A DNA stretch of 64,000 nucleotides from Acidobacteriota bacterium (GCA_020200235.1 JAIVJC010000008.1:449-64448), one strand, 5' to 3'; positions 29,473 to 39,912 are shown, counted from the stretch's first letter. Numbers and translations: made by a program. The notes: generated from the letters alone by a model not told the origin.

Positions 29473-32376
29473 TTGGATCAACTGCTAGAAAATTTGCGCG
29501 CGGCGGTCGGGCGCGAGAACGTGCTCGCCGCACGCGACGAGCTGCTCGTCTACGAGTGCGACGGGCTGACGCAGCACCGGCACACGCCGCGCGCGGTCGC
29601 CTTCCCCGCCTCGACCGAGGAGGTCGCGTGTGTCGTGCGCGAGCTTGCGCGCGCGGGCGTGAGCTTCGCGCCGCGCGGGGCGGGGACAGGTCTTTCGGGC
29701 GGCGCGTTGGCGGTCGGCGGCGGTGTCGTCGTCGAGCTGGCGCGGATGAGAAAGCTGCTGAGGCTCGACGTTGAGAACCGCGTCGCGGTCGTCGAGACCG
29801 GCATGATCAACGCTCAGGTGTCGCGCGCCGCCGCCGCGCACGGGCTCTACTACGCGCCCGATCCTTCGAGCGGCGCGAGCTGCACCGTCGGCGGCAACAT
29901 CGCGGAGAACGCGGGCGGCATTCATTGCCTCAAGTACGGCGTGACGACCGATCACGTCGTCGGCGCGCGCGTCGTCCTCTCCGACGGCAAGGTCGTCGAT
30001 CTCGGCGCGGCGGGCGCGGGCGACTCGGTGGGCTATGATCTGCTCGGCGTCTTCGTCGGCTCCGAGGGCACGTTCGGCATCGCGACCGAGGCGACCGTCA
30101 AACTCCTTCCCCTGCCGCAGTCCGTGCGCACGCTCCTCGCGGACTTCGCAGACATCGACGACGCGAGCCGCGCCGTCTCCGCGATCATCGCCGCGGGTTT
30201 GATCCCCGCCGCGCTTGAGATGGTTGACGGCGCGACGATCCGCGCGGTCGAGGCGAGCGTCTTCGCCGCTGGGCTCCCGTTGGACGCGCAAGCCGCGCTG
30301 CTCATCGAGCTGGACGGGTTGGAAGCCGGGCTCGACGGAGAGGCGCAGCGCGCCGAAGACATCTGCCTGAGAAACGGCGCGCGCGGCGTGCGCCACGCGG
30401 CGGACGAGCGCGAGCGAAAAAAGTTGTGGGCGGCGCGCAAGGGCGCGTTCGGCGCGATGGGTCGGCTCGCGCCCGACATGATGTTGCAGGACGCCGTCGT
30501 GCCGCGCTCGCGCCTGCCCGAAGTTCTGGCGGAGACGTACCGCATCAGCGCGAAGCACGGACTCATCCTCGCCAACGTCTTCCACGCGGGCGACGGCAAC
30601 CTCCACCCCATACTCTGCTTCGACCGGCGCAACGCCGACGAGCTGCGCCGCGTCGAGTGTGCCAACCGCGAGATCGTCGAGACCTGCGTGCGCGCGGGCG
30701 GCACGCTCACGGGCGAGCACGGCGTCGGGCTCGACAAGAGTAAGTACATGCCGCTGCTCTTCTCCGAAAACGATCTCGACGCGATGCTCGCCGTGCGCGC
30801 GGCTTTCGATCCGACGGGCTTGTGCAACCCCGGCAAGATCATCCCCGCGCCGCGCGGCTGCGGCGAGGCTCGCGTCGTGGCGGCTGCGAGCAGTGGCAAT
30901 CAAAACGCGGCTGTTGATAACGGACGCGGCGAAGCGCACGTTGCTCACGAAGAAGCCGCGGGCGAAGTAGAGAATGAGGCTGGCACGGCGTCGAACTTCC
31001 TGGCGGATGAAATTACACTCGTCAACGCGAGCGCCTCTCCGGTTGATGACGCGCGCGCCCCGCTCGTCCAACGGCGAGTCGCGATCACGAATGACATCAG
31101 GGATGCGTTCCGACGGGTCGCGGAGACCGAAGAAGACGAGGCGCGAGGCGGCGCGCTCGTCGTCTCGCCAGCATCGACCGACGAAGCCGCCGAAGTATTG
31201 CTGGTCGCTTCGCGCGAGGGCGTGCCGGTCGTACCGGAAGGCGCGGGGACGTGGCTCGGAGACGATCAGACTCACGCGCGCGGCTGCGTCTTCGTTTCGA
31301 CGCGGCGGCTCTCGCGCATCGTCGCACACTCGCCCGCAGACCTCGTCGTCACGGTGGAGGCTGGCGTGCCGCTGTCCGCGTTGAACGAAGAGCTGGCGCG
31401 CGCGGGTCAGTGGCTCCCGCTCGACCCACCGGGCGGCGCGGGCACGAGCGTCGGCGGCGTGGTGGCGACGAACACGGCGGGCGCGCACGGCTCGGCTTAC
31501 GGGACGCCGCGCGCTTTCGTGCTCGGGATGACGGTCGTGCTGGCGGACGGACGCGTCGTCAGAGTCGGCGGGCGCGTCGTCAAGAACGTCGCGGGCTACG
31601 ATCTCTCCAAACTCTTCACGGGGAGTTTCGGCACGCTCGGGCTCATCACCGAGATCAACTTCAAGCTCCGACCGCGCCCCGAACGCGAGGCGACCTTGCG
31701 CGCGAACGCGGAGACCGTTGATAACTTATTCGTCGCCGCGCGTGGCATACTCCGCGGGGAGTTTCTGCCCGTCGCCCTCGACGTGCGCGCATCCGGCGCG
31801 GCGTCTCGGCAGGCGAACGCCGATCCCGCTCCACGCTTCACGCTGCTCGCGCGCTTCGCGGGCTCTGCGCGGACAGTCGAATCGCAACTCGGACGCGCGC
31901 GCGGTCTGCTGGGCGAGGGTGAGTCGCTGTCGGGCGTCGAGGTCGTCGAAGACGACGCGCGCTTGTGGGCGGAGGGCGGCGAGTCGAACTCAGATGAGGC
32001 TCAGCATATCGAGTTGAAGGTCAACGTCCTGCCCACGCGACTGAGAGCCGCGCTGCTCCGCCTCGAAGAACTACTCGGGGCTTCCGCCGCGCTCGACAAC
32101 TGGGGCGCGAACGTCGCGGCGGGTCGCCTGCGCGTCCGCCTGTATGAAGTTAACGATCCCGCCGGCTGCGTCGATGCGCTCACGCGTTTGCGCGCGGGGC
32201 TGCGGGCTGAGGGCGGATCGGTCGTCGTCGAAAACGCGACGCGCGATTTGCGCGACGTGATGGATCGGATCGGTTTCGATCAGTGGGGCATGAGCGACGA
32301 GCGCGCCGCGCTCATGCGGCGCGTCAAGCTGCGGCTCGACCCGCGCGGGCTGCTGCCGCGTCGGTTCTTCGTGTGA
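29473..32376 (+). CDS. glcD: Fused GlcD-GlcE FAD-linked glycolate/D-lactate oxidase
   Basis: GlcD motifs RGAGTGLSGG, PDPSS, GSEGTFG, HAGDGNLHP, GEHGVG and NPGK, a linker, then GlcE motifs LDPP, VVKNVAGYDL and LDPRG. Probable TTG start at 29473. Confidence 0.85.
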   Translation: MDQLLENLRAAVGRENVLAARDELLVYECDGLTQHRHTPRAVAFPASTEEVACVVRELARAGVSFAPRGAGTGLSGGALAVGGGVVVELARMRKLLRLDVENRVAVVETGMINAQVSRAAAAHGLYYAPDPSSGASCTVGGNIAENAGGIHCLKYGVTTDHVVGARVVLSDGKVVDLGAAGAGDSVGYDLLGVFVGSEGTFGIATEATVKLLPLPQSVRTLLADFADIDDASRAVSAIIAAGLIPAALEMVDGATIRAVEASVFAAGLPLDAQAALLIELDGLEAGLDGEAQRAEDICLRNGARGVRHAADERERKKLWAARKGAFGAMGRLAPDMMLQDAVVPRSRLPEVLAETYRISAKHGLILANVFHAGDGNLHPILCFDRRNADELRRVECANREIVETCVRAGGTLTGEHGVGLDKSKYMPLLFSENDLDAMLAVRAAFDPTGLCNPGKIIPAPRGCGEARVVAAASSGNQNAAVDNGRGEAHVAHEEAAGEVENEAGTASNFLADEITLVNASASPVDDARAPLVQRRVAITNDIRDAFRRVAETEEDEARGGALVVSPASTDEAAEVLLVASREGVPVVPEGAGTWLGDDQTHARGCVFVSTRRLSRIVAHSPADLVVTVEAGVPLSALNEELARAGQWLPLDPPGGAGTSVGGVVATNTAGAHGSAYGTPRAFVLGMTVVLADGRVVRVGGRVVKNVAGYDLSKLFTGSFGTLGLITEINFKLRPRPEREATLRANAETVDNLFVAARGILRGEFLPVALDVRASGAASRQANADPAPRFTLLARFAGSARTVESQLGRARGLLGEGESLSGVEVVEDDARLWAEGGESNSDEAQHIELKVNVLPTRLRAALLRLEELLGASAALDNWGANVAAGRLRVRLYEVNDPAGCVDALTRLRAGLRAEGGSVVVENATRDLRDVMDRIGFDQWGMSDERAALMRRVKLRLDPRGLLPRRFFV

Positions 32377-32444
32377 GGAGTCGCAAAGAGAAGCGCGGAA
32401 GTTTTGCAAGGAGTCCTTATTCCGATTTCGCTGGCAGCCCCAGG

Positions 32445-33866
32445 ATGATGCAGACTCAACCTCAGACACTCGCACGCGCGCTCGCACACGAGGAGGCGAA
32501 GCTGCTCGCGTGCATCCACTGCGGACTGTGCCTCGAAGCCTGCCCGACCTACGTCCACACGGGCGACGAGAACGACGGTCCGCGCGGGCGGCTCTACCTG
32601 ATGCGCGCCGCCGAAGAGGGGCGACTCGCCGTCGCGTCGCCCGCCTTCGAGCGGCACATCGACCGCTGCCTCGGCTGTCGCGCGTGCGAGAGCGCGTGCC
32701 CGGCGGGCGTCGAGTACGGCGTGCTTCTCGAAGCCGCGCGCGCAGACATCCGCGAGCACGGCGAGAGGCGCAGCCACACCGGCAGGCTTCTCAACTTCAC
32801 GCTGCGCCACGTCTGGCTCCACCCCGCGCGCCTGCGCTTCGCCTTCGCCGCGGCGCGCGTCTTCCGCGATGCGGGGCTCGCACGTCTCCTGCTCAAGTCG
32901 CGCCTGCCGCGTCTCGTCTCGCCGCGCTTCGAGCTCGCGCTCGCGCTGCTCGACTCTTCTGCGCGCGCCCCGCTCAACGGATCGAAGAGTATCGCGCGCG
33001 AAGCGTCGCACGAAGAGGGCACGCCGCGATCGGTCGTTGGAAAGAATGTTGGCGGCGCTGAGAGCCGTCCCGATGAGCCACGCGCCGCGCAACTCTTCGA
33101 GGGCTGCGTGACGGAAGGGCTGTTCGCGCGCGTCAACCGCGCCACGGCGCGCGTCGTGCGCGTGCAGGGCTGCGAGGTCTCCGCGCCTTCGGGTCAGGTC
33201 TGCTGCGGCGCGCTTCACGCGCACGCGGGCGACACAGAAGGCGCGCGCACGCTCGCGCGGCGCAACGTCGAGGCGTTCGAGTCCGCGCCGTTGGCTCCGG
33301 TCGTGACGAATGCGGGCGGGTGCGGGGCGATGCTCAAGGGTTACGGGCATCTCCTCTCGGACGACGTGGAGTTCGCGGATCGGGCGCGGGATTTCAGCGC
33401 GCGCGTGCGCGACGTGAGCCAGCAGCTGGCGGCGACGGGCTTGCGCGTGGGCGCGCCGATAGACGCCGGGGTGACGACCTACGACGCCTCGTGCCACCTG
33501 CTCCACGGCCAGCGCGCGGCGGAAGAGCCCCTGCGGATGCTCGAGGCGATCCCCGCGCTGCGCTTCGTCGCGCTCGAAGGCAGCGACGTGTGCTGCGGCG
33601 GCGCGGGCGTCTACAACCTGCTCGAAATGGAGCTGTCTGCGCGCGTGCTCGCGGAAAAACTCAAACACGTCGCGGAGTCGGGCGCGACGCTGCTCGCCAC
33701 GGGCAACGCCGGATGCCACATGCAGATCGGGGCGGGCGCACGGCTCGCGGGCATGGAGCTTCGCGTCTGCCACCCCGTCGAGCTGCTTGACGAGTCGTAC
33801 CGGCGTGCGGGATTTTATGACGAAGAGATTGCAGAGGCTGAGGGCTCGGCGAAGCAGAACCCTTGA
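32445..33866 (+). CDS. glcF: Glycolate/D-lactate oxidase iron-sulfur subunit
   Basis: CIHCGLCLEACP and CLGCRACESACP 4Fe-4S motifs, two CCG domains, NAGGCG. Confidence 0.9.
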   Translation: MMQTQPQTLARALAHEEAKLLACIHCGLCLEACPTYVHTGDENDGPRGRLYLMRAAEEGRLAVASPAFERHIDRCLGCRACESACPAGVEYGVLLEAARADIREHGERRSHTGRLLNFTLRHVWLHPARLRFAFAAARVFRDAGLARLLLKSRLPRLVSPRFELALALLDSSARAPLNGSKSIAREASHEEGTPRSVVGKNVGGAESRPDEPRAAQLFEGCVTEGLFARVNRATARVVRVQGCEVSAPSGQVCCGALHAHAGDTEGARTLARRNVEAFESAPLAPVVTNAGGCGAMLKGYGHLLSDDVEFADRARDFSARVRDVSQQLAATGLRVGAPIDAGVTTYDASCHLLHGQRAAEEPLRMLEAIPALRFVALEGSDVCCGGAGVYNLLEMELSARVLAEKLKHVAESGATLLATGNAGCHMQIGAGARLAGMELRVCHPVELLDESYRRAGFYDEEIAEAEGSAKQNP

Positions 33867-33894
33867 AGTGTGATCCTTTGAGCGTGTATCGACC

Positions 33895-35157
33895 TTATTT
33901 TTCAGCGGCGTCGAACGCGACGCGACCGGCGATGAGCGTCAGTCGGACTTGACCGCCATCGTCGATGGCGACGAGGTCGGCGCGCTTCCCTTCCTCGATG
34001 GAGCCGCATGAGTCTTCGACGCCGAGCAGGCGCGCGGGCGTGAGCGACGCCATGCGCGCGACCTCGTGGGGACGCGCGCCGAGCGCGAGCATCATGCGCG
34101 CGGCGTCGAGCGAGGTGATGACGGAGCCCGCTATCGAGCCGCGCGCGTTCCGCGTGCGCCCTCCCTCGACCGTGATCGTCTCGCCCCAGACTTCGTAGTC
34201 GCCGTCGCCGAGGCCCGCGGGCAGCACGGCGTCGCTGATGAGCGCGAGGCGATCCGCGCCTTTGCAGCGCAGCGCGAGGCGGAGCGCAAGGGGATGGCAG
34301 TGGACGCCGTCGGCGATCACGTCGCAGGTCACGTCGTCGGCGAGCAAGCCCCAGCCGACCACACCGGGCGCGCGGTGGTGGAGCGGCGACATCGCGTTGA
34401 AGAAGTGCGTCAGGTGGCGCGCGCCAGCCCCGCGCGCCGCGTCGAGTGTTTGCGCGTCGGCGCGCGTGTGACCGACGGAGACGATCCAGCCGCGCCCGCA
34501 GAGTTCGCCGACCAGCGCGACGCCGCCTTCGATCTCCGGCGCGACCGTCATCAAGTGCACCGCGCGCGGGTCGTCGATGGCGGCTACTCCTTCGAGGCTC
34601 GAAGCGTCGGCGAAGGTGCGGAAGTATCGCGTGCGGAGCGCGCCGCACTGCGCGGTGTTGACGAAGGGTCCTTCGTAGTGGACGCCGAGGGCGCGCGCCG
34701 ACGGGGGTCGTTCCCGGTCGCTGACGGTCGTCGCTTCTTCGTCCTGCTCGCGCATGAGCGTCGCGATTGCTCCGACGGCGCGCCGGTAGTCTTCGTCGGG
34801 CGCGGGGACGAGCGTGGGGAGCCACGAGGTGACGCCGCGCGAGGCGAGGAAGCGCGCGACGCGGCGCAGGTCTTCCGCGGAAGCCGCGAGCGCGTCGACG
34901 CCGACCGCGCCGTGGATGTGTACGTCGACGAAGCCGGGGTAGAGGGTCGCGCCGCGCAGATCGAACTCGCGCGCGTCCCGCGCCTCTGAGCTCAACTCGT
35001 CGTCGGTCGCGACGCGGGCGATGAGACCGCCCTCGACGAGAATCGTCGCGTCGTCCGCGACGCCGTCCGGCAACACGACGCGCGCGCCGCGCAACAGCAC
35101 GCGGTCGCGTGTCCTCTCGCCAGCCTTCAGTTCCCTCCCGTCTTCTTCCGCCGTCAT
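33895..35157 (-). CDS. nagA: N-acetylglucosamine-6-phosphate deacetylase
   Basis: PGFVDVHIHG, HYEGPF, TVAPE, SVGHT, THFFNAM, IADGVH and IAGS motifs. Confidence 0.92.
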   Translation of the reverse strand: MTAEEDGRELKAGERTRDRVLLRGARVVLPDGVADDATILVEGGLIARVATDDELSSEARDAREFDLRGATLYPGFVDVHIHGAVGVDALAASAEDLRRVARFLASRGVTSWLPTLVPAPDEDYRRAVGAIATLMREQDEEATTVSDRERPPSARALGVHYEGPFVNTAQCGALRTRYFRTFADASSLEGVAAIDDPRAVHLMTVAPEIEGGVALVGELCGRGWIVSVGHTRADAQTLDAARGAGARHLTHFFNAMSPLHHRAPGVVGWGLLADDVTCDVIADGVHCHPLALRLALRCKGADRLALISDAVLPAGLGDGDYEVWGETITVEGGRTRNARGSIAGSVITSLDAARMMLALGARPHEVARMASLTPARLLGVEDSCGSIEEGKRADLVAIDDGGQVRLTLIAGRVAFDAAEK

Positions 35158-36518
35158 TGTTTCCCCCCGCTCGCCGTGCCGGTCTTCGCGTCCGCGTCGA
35201 AGGCGGCTCGGCGGAGTCGTTCGAGGTAGTCGCCCGCGGGGTTGTTGGGCTGGCTCGGCGCGGCTGTGAAGTCGTAGGAGAAGAGGATGAAGCCGTCGGC
35301 GGCGAGCCCGCGCGCAACACTAATTTTCTCGACGCTCGACTCGACGGGGATGCGGTACGCGCCCACGCCCGCCCAGATGCGCTTCCCGGAGGCGTGCGCC
35401 GCGGCGGTCGCGATCTCGATCTGCTTGCGGAAGACGGCGGTGTCGGTCGTGTAAGCCATCGGGCAGACCACGTCGATGACGCCCATCGCGAGCCACCGCT
35501 TCCAATCCTGGAAGCGGCGCGCGTACGCGTCGGCGTCGTTGGCGAAGACCGCGGCGGAGACGATCGCCTCCGGCTTGCGCTTTTTGACGCCGTGGTAGAC
35601 GCGCTCGACGAGCGACGTGATCTGCTCGCGCTGGAAGTCGGCGAACTGCTCGCGGTAGGCGTCCGCGGCGGCGAGCGGGTTGGACTTGAGCGCGTCGTCG
35701 AGCAGCCGGCGCTCGGCTGTCGAGAGGCGCGGGTCGAGCCACGCGCGGAAGCGATCCAGTGAGGTGCGGCTGTGATCGAAGTCGGGACTCGCGAGGCGGA
35801 CGTAGTCGAAGTGGAGCCCGGAGAGATCGGGGTAGCGTTCGAGCAAGTCCATCCAGACGGAGTAGACGTGCTCTCTGACGGCGGGGTGCGCGGGGCTCGT
35901 GTAGACGCCTTCGAGTTCCGCGCGGTTCGCCTTCGACCACTCGACGATCTTCGCGCGGTAGCGCGGGTCGGCAGGCGCCGTCGCGTAGAGCTCTGCCGCG
36001 ACTGCGCGCGGGACGGCGAGCCAGTCCGGATGAGAGTTCCAGACGTGCGAGTCCTCGGTCGGCAGATCGTCGAGGTTGGCGAGCAGGCTCGTGTTGATCC
36101 ACGCGTGGACTCGGAGCCCGGCGCGCTTCGCCTCGGAGATGGCGAGGGCGAGCGGGTCGAAGTCGCGCCGCTGATCTTTGAGAGCCGACGCGCGCGGTTC
36201 CCAGCGCGAAGTGTAGTAGGCGTCGCCGCGCCCGCGCACCTGCACGACGAGCGTGTTAAAGCCCGAGCGGGACGCGCTCTTCACCATCGCCCGAATTTTT
36301 TCCGGCGAGGTCAGAGTAGTTCGGACGACCCAGAGGGCGCGCACCTCGCCGGCGACCGGCGGGGCGATAGTCTGCTTCGCTGGCGTGGCGGCTGATCCCT
36401 CGCGCGCAGGGGCGGGCTCGGTCTGCGCCGAGACGCACGCGGCGGCGAGCAGCACGAAGGCGGCGGCGATGATTCGTCGCCCGGTTTCGCGGCGGTTACT
36501 TTTCGGCATGAATCTCAT
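35154..36518 (-). CDS. Glycoside hydrolase-like 10 (GHL10/DUF187, DigH/YngK-like), secreted
   Basis: EVRALWV, VQVRGRGDAYY, VHAW, GLHFDY, QDW..W and PMAY motifs; its stop overlaps the nagA start. Confidence 0.85.
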   Translation of the reverse strand: MRFMPKSNRRETGRRIIAAAFVLLAAACVSAQTEPAPAREGSAATPAKQTIAPPVAGEVRALWVVRTTLTSPEKIRAMVKSASRSGFNTLVVQVRGRGDAYYTSRWEPRASALKDQRRDFDPLALAISEAKRAGLRVHAWINTSLLANLDDLPTEDSHVWNSHPDWLAVPRAVAAELYATAPADPRYRAKIVEWSKANRAELEGVYTSPAHPAVREHVYSVWMDLLERYPDLSGLHFDYVRLASPDFDHSRTSLDRFRAWLDPRLSTAERRLLDDALKSNPLAAADAYREQFADFQREQITSLVERVYHGVKKRKPEAIVSAAVFANDADAYARRFQDWKRWLAMGVIDVVCPMAYTTDTAVFRKQIEIATAAAHASGKRIWAGVGAYRIPVESSVEKISVARGLAADGFILFSYDFTAAPSQPNNPAGDYLERLRRAAFDADAKTGTASGGKQ

Positions 36519-36596
36519 GGGGTGAGTGTGACCTGACGTGTGGGTGAGCGGGACGCGGTAGACACACCGCCCGGCGGCAGGTCGGGAGCGCCGCAC

Positions 36597-36640
36597 AAAA
36601 GAAACGGGGCGGGGACCACTCCGGACCCCGCCCGCTGTTT
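36597..36640 (-). terminator. Probable terminator after TonB-dependent receptor 1
   Basis: Stem gggcgggg/ccccgccc followed on the minus strand by TTTCTTTT. Confidence 0.5.
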
Positions 36641-36657
36641 GAGCCGGGGGTCCGGCG

Positions 36658-39600
36658 TTAGAAGGTGTAGCGCAGCGCCATCTGGATGATGCGCGGCCGG
36701 TAGAGGCCGTACGTGCCCGTGATGCGCCCGAAGTTGACGCTCTGGATGTCCGTGTTAGGGAGCCCGTACCAGACGTGGTTCAGGGCGTTGAACATGTCGG
36801 CGCGCACCATGAAGCGGTGGCCCTCCCACGGCATCTGGAAGAACTTGCTGAGGCCAAGGTCTACGATCTGCTGGCCGTCGCGGTTGAACGTGTTGCGGCC
36901 GAGGATGCCGTTGCCGTAGTCGGCCATCGTCGAGGAGCGGAAGGCCGAGCGCGGCAGGCGGGACTGCGAGTTCGCCGGGTTGTCGATGTCCTGCCCGAGG
37001 ATGGAGGTGTTGATGATTACGGGGCGGCTATCGGTAAAGCCGTCGAGGTTCACGTCGGCGCCGAGGCTGTCCGTGACGGTGAAAGGCGTTCCCGAAGCGA
37101 GCCGGACGACCGTGGAGACCTGCCAGCCGCCAAGCACCTGGCCGGCGAGGTCCTTCCGCCCCGTGAAGAACGGGACGCGGTAGGTGCCGTAGACGGTGAA
37201 GCGGTGCGGCGTGTGGAAGAGCGACGGCCCGCGCGAGATGCGCGCCGTGTTGCCGTTCTGGTTGTTGTCGCCGGCGGAGCCGAGGTTGGTCGCCTCGGAA
37301 GTGGTGTCTATGCTCTTACTGAGCGTGTAGGAGACCTGGAAGTTGAGGCCCTGGCTGAGCCGCTTGTCCCACTGAGCCTGGAAGCCGTGGTAGTAGCTCC
37401 ACGAGGCGTTGCTCACGAGCAGGTTGGTCGAGTAGCGCGGGTCGGGGCGCCGCTCGTCGGTGCGCGGGACGCGGACGCTGTACTCCAGGGCGCCGATGGG
37501 CACCACTACCGGGCACGCCGCGGTGAACGGGATCGCCGACGTCCCGGCCGTCCCCGCGCACTGAGCGTCGGCCGCCAGGCGGATGACCTGCCCGCGCTGC
37601 GCCGCCGCGTTGTTCGGGTGGTTGGCGACGAAGACGCCGTTGACGGGGTCGTGGAGGGGCAGGTTCCCCTGCGCGAAGCGGAGCAGGCCGATGCCGCGGT
37701 TGCCCGTGTAGGTCAGGCGCAGGGCCGACTTGAGCGGGAGCTGGCGCTCGTAGCTCAGGTTCCACTGCTGCGTGTAGGGCATTTCGAGGCCGGGATCGAC
37801 GATGGTCAGCGGGTGGCGATTGGCCTGCGGGCCCGGGACGAAGACGAAGCCGCCGGTCGGGTCGGCGAGGTTTGTCGGCTGGAAGCCTTGGGTGGGCGCC
37901 GTCGTCGAGGAAGTGCGGGTGTAGTTGAGCGCGTTCGGCGGATTGAAGCGCAGACCGGCGCCGCCCTGCGAGAAGACCGACTGGAAGATGCGGCCGTGGT
38001 AGATGCCGTAGCCGCCGCGGATGGAGGACTCGCCGGGGCCGCCGAAGATGTCATTCCAGAACCCCGACTTGAAGGCCGGGCTCCAGGCGAAGCCGACGCG
38101 CGGCTCGATGTTGTCCTTGTCGTCCTCGTAAAGGTAGTCGATGCGCCCCTCGGCCTCTTCCGGCACCGCCACGTACTCGTAGCGCAGGCCGAGGTTCAAC
38201 GTCAGGTTAGGCCGGACGCGCCAGTTGTCCTCACCGTAGAAATTGTACTCGTTGATACGGTTTTCTAGGAAGAACGGCCCGAAGCCCTTCTGGAAGTTGG
38301 GGACGCAGCCGTTCAGGAGCGAGTTGAAGCCGCTCCCGTAGTTGACGGTGTTGCAGGAGGCGGAGTTGAAGTTGTAGAAGCCGCGCGAGAAGCTGTCGGC
38401 CAAGTCGTCGAGGTGCTGGCGGCGGATGTCCGTGCCGGCCTTGAACTGGTGGTTGCCGCCGAAGAAGGTCGAGAGGTTGTAGACAAACTGGTTGTCGGTC
38501 TGGTAGCGCTGGATCGGGACGGCGATGTTGACGAGCGTGGTGCGCAGGCCCAGACCGTAGCGTGCCTCGCCGACGACCGTCGGCGAGAAGATGTGCGTCC
38601 ACGTGAAGCCGATGTTCTGCTGCTTGTTGTTCTGGTCGGCGCGCTCGCCGATGATGAGATCGTCGGCAGTGAACCTCTGCCGCGTGTACTGCCAGCGCCC
38701 GGTCACGGTGTCAGACTGCCGGGCGTTCCAGTCGAAGCGGCCCGAGTAGTCGCGCGCCGGGAAGTCGCGGCTCTGCACGCCGCGCCAGCAACGGGGGCAG
38801 CGCGTCGGGTCGTTCGGGTAGACGTTGTTCTCGGCGAAGCGGGCGAGCGTGGCCTGGATGAAGGCGCGGTTGGCCGGCGTGTTGTTGGCCGGGGTGGTGT
38901 TGAACCAGTTGGCCGGGTCGTGCTCGCTGCGCAGAAAGACGTCGCGCGAGATGTTGGCGCCCCCCGTGTCCTCGGTGTGATCCCAGCTCACGAAGCCGAA
39001 CAGGTGATTCTTGACCAGGGGAAAGCCGCCGGTCATGCCGAACTGGTTGCGCCGGTCGACGGCCTTCTTGAGTCCGGGGCTGAAGACGTTGTTCGTCGCG
39101 TTCAAGGCGCTGTTCTGGTTGAACCAGTAGGCGCTGCCGTGGAGCTTGTTGGTGCCGGAGAGCGTCTGGACGAGGACGACGGCGCCGTAGCCGCGCCCGA
39201 ACTCGGCGGTGAAGTTATTGGTGATGACCTGGAACTCTTTGATCGTGGCGAGCGAGACGCCCTGCCGGTTCTGGTTCTCGGAGGAGTCGTCGTTGTTGAC
39301 GCCGTTGATCTGGAAGGTGGCGCCGCGCGTGCCCGTGCCGTTGAAGTTGATGGAGGAGCCGGAGGAGGCGGTCGGGTTGTTCTGACCCGAGACGGGGTTT
39401 TCCTGGAAGCCGGTGAAGGTCTCGGCGAGCGTCAGGAAGTTGCCCTGGTTGAGCGTCGGCTTGTCGGTGATCTCCTGCGTGTTGAGCGACTGCTTGACCT
39501 CGGCGTTGGTGGTGTTGATCGGCGCCTCCTCGGCGGTGATGGTCACCTCTTCGTTGACGGCCGGCTTCAACTCGAAGTTGACGGCGAGCGTCTGGTTCAG

Positions 39601-39912
39601 GGTCACCACGATGTTCTCGCGCGTCACGCGACCGAAGTTCGCCACCGTCGCGTTCACGGTGTACTTCCCGAGCGGGAGGAACGGCGCGCTATACGTCCCC
39701 TCTTCGTTGGTGGTGACGGTGCGCTCCTGGCCGGTCTCGACGTTGCGGATGGTGATCGTGACGCCGGGGATGGCGGCGGCGTTCTGATCCGTCACCCTGC
39801 CCTGAACGGTGCCGGTGACGGTCTGGGCGGCGGCGAGCGGGCACGCCGCCCCAGCGAAGATCGCGAACGCCGCCGTGATGAAGAAGCGCGTGAAGCAAGC
39901 CTTGAGTGACAT
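36658..39912 (-). CDS. Oar-like TonB-dependent receptor 1 (carboxypeptidase-regulatory-like N-domain), with possible short in-frame deletion
   Basis: GTVQGRVTD N-domain, EFQVITNNFTAEFGR plug, LNLGLRYEY, PRVGFAW and C-terminal LRYTF; AAGGAG RBS before ATG 39912. Confidence 0.9.
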   Translation of the reverse strand: MSLKACFTRFFITAAFAIFAGAACPLAAAQTVTGTVQGRVTDQNAAAIPGVTITIRNVETGQERTVTTNEEGTYSAPFLPLGKYTVNATVANFGRVTRENIVVTLNQTLAVNFELKPAVNEEVTITAEEAPINTTNAEVKQSLNTQEITDKPTLNQGNFLTLAETFTGFQENPVSGQNNPTASSGSSINFNGTGTRGATFQINGVNNDDSSENQNRQGVSLATIKEFQVITNNFTAEFGRGYGAVVLVQTLSGTNKLHGSAYWFNQNSALNATNNVFSPGLKKAVDRRNQFGMTGGFPLVKNHLFGFVSWDHTEDTGGANISRDVFLRSEHDPANWFNTTPANNTPANRAFIQATLARFAENNVYPNDPTRCPRCWRGVQSRDFPARDYSGRFDWNARQSDTVTGRWQYTRQRFTADDLIIGERADQNNKQQNIGFTWTHIFSPTVVGEARYGLGLRTTLVNIAVPIQRYQTDNQFVYNLSTFFGGNHQFKAGTDIRRQHLDDLADSFSRGFYNFNSASCNTVNYGSGFNSLLNGCVPNFQKGFGPFFLENRINEYNFYGEDNWRVRPNLTLNLGLRYEYVAVPEEAEGRIDYLYEDDKDNIEPRVGFAWSPAFKSGFWNDIFGGPGESSIRGGYGIYHGRIFQSVFSQGGAGLRFNPPNALNYTRTSSTTAPTQGFQPTNLADPTGGFVFVPGPQANRHPLTIVDPGLEMPYTQQWNLSYERQLPLKSALRLTYTGNRGIGLLRFAQGNLPLHDPVNGVFVANHPNNAAAQRGQVIRLAADAQCAGTAGTSAIPFTAACPVVVPIGALEYSVRVPRTDERRPDPRYSTNLLVSNASWSYYHGFQAQWDKRLSQGLNFQVSYTLSKSIDTTSEATNLGSAGDNNQNGNTARISRGPSLFHTPHRFTVYGTYRVPFFTGRKDLAGQVLGGWQVSTVVRLASGTPFTVTDSLGADVNLDGFTDSRPVIINTSILGQDIDNPANSQSRLPRSAFRSSTMADYGNGILGRNTFNRDGQQIVDLGLSKFFQMPWEGHRFMVRADMFNALNHVWYGLPNTDIQSVNFGRITGTYGLYRPRIIQMALRYTF

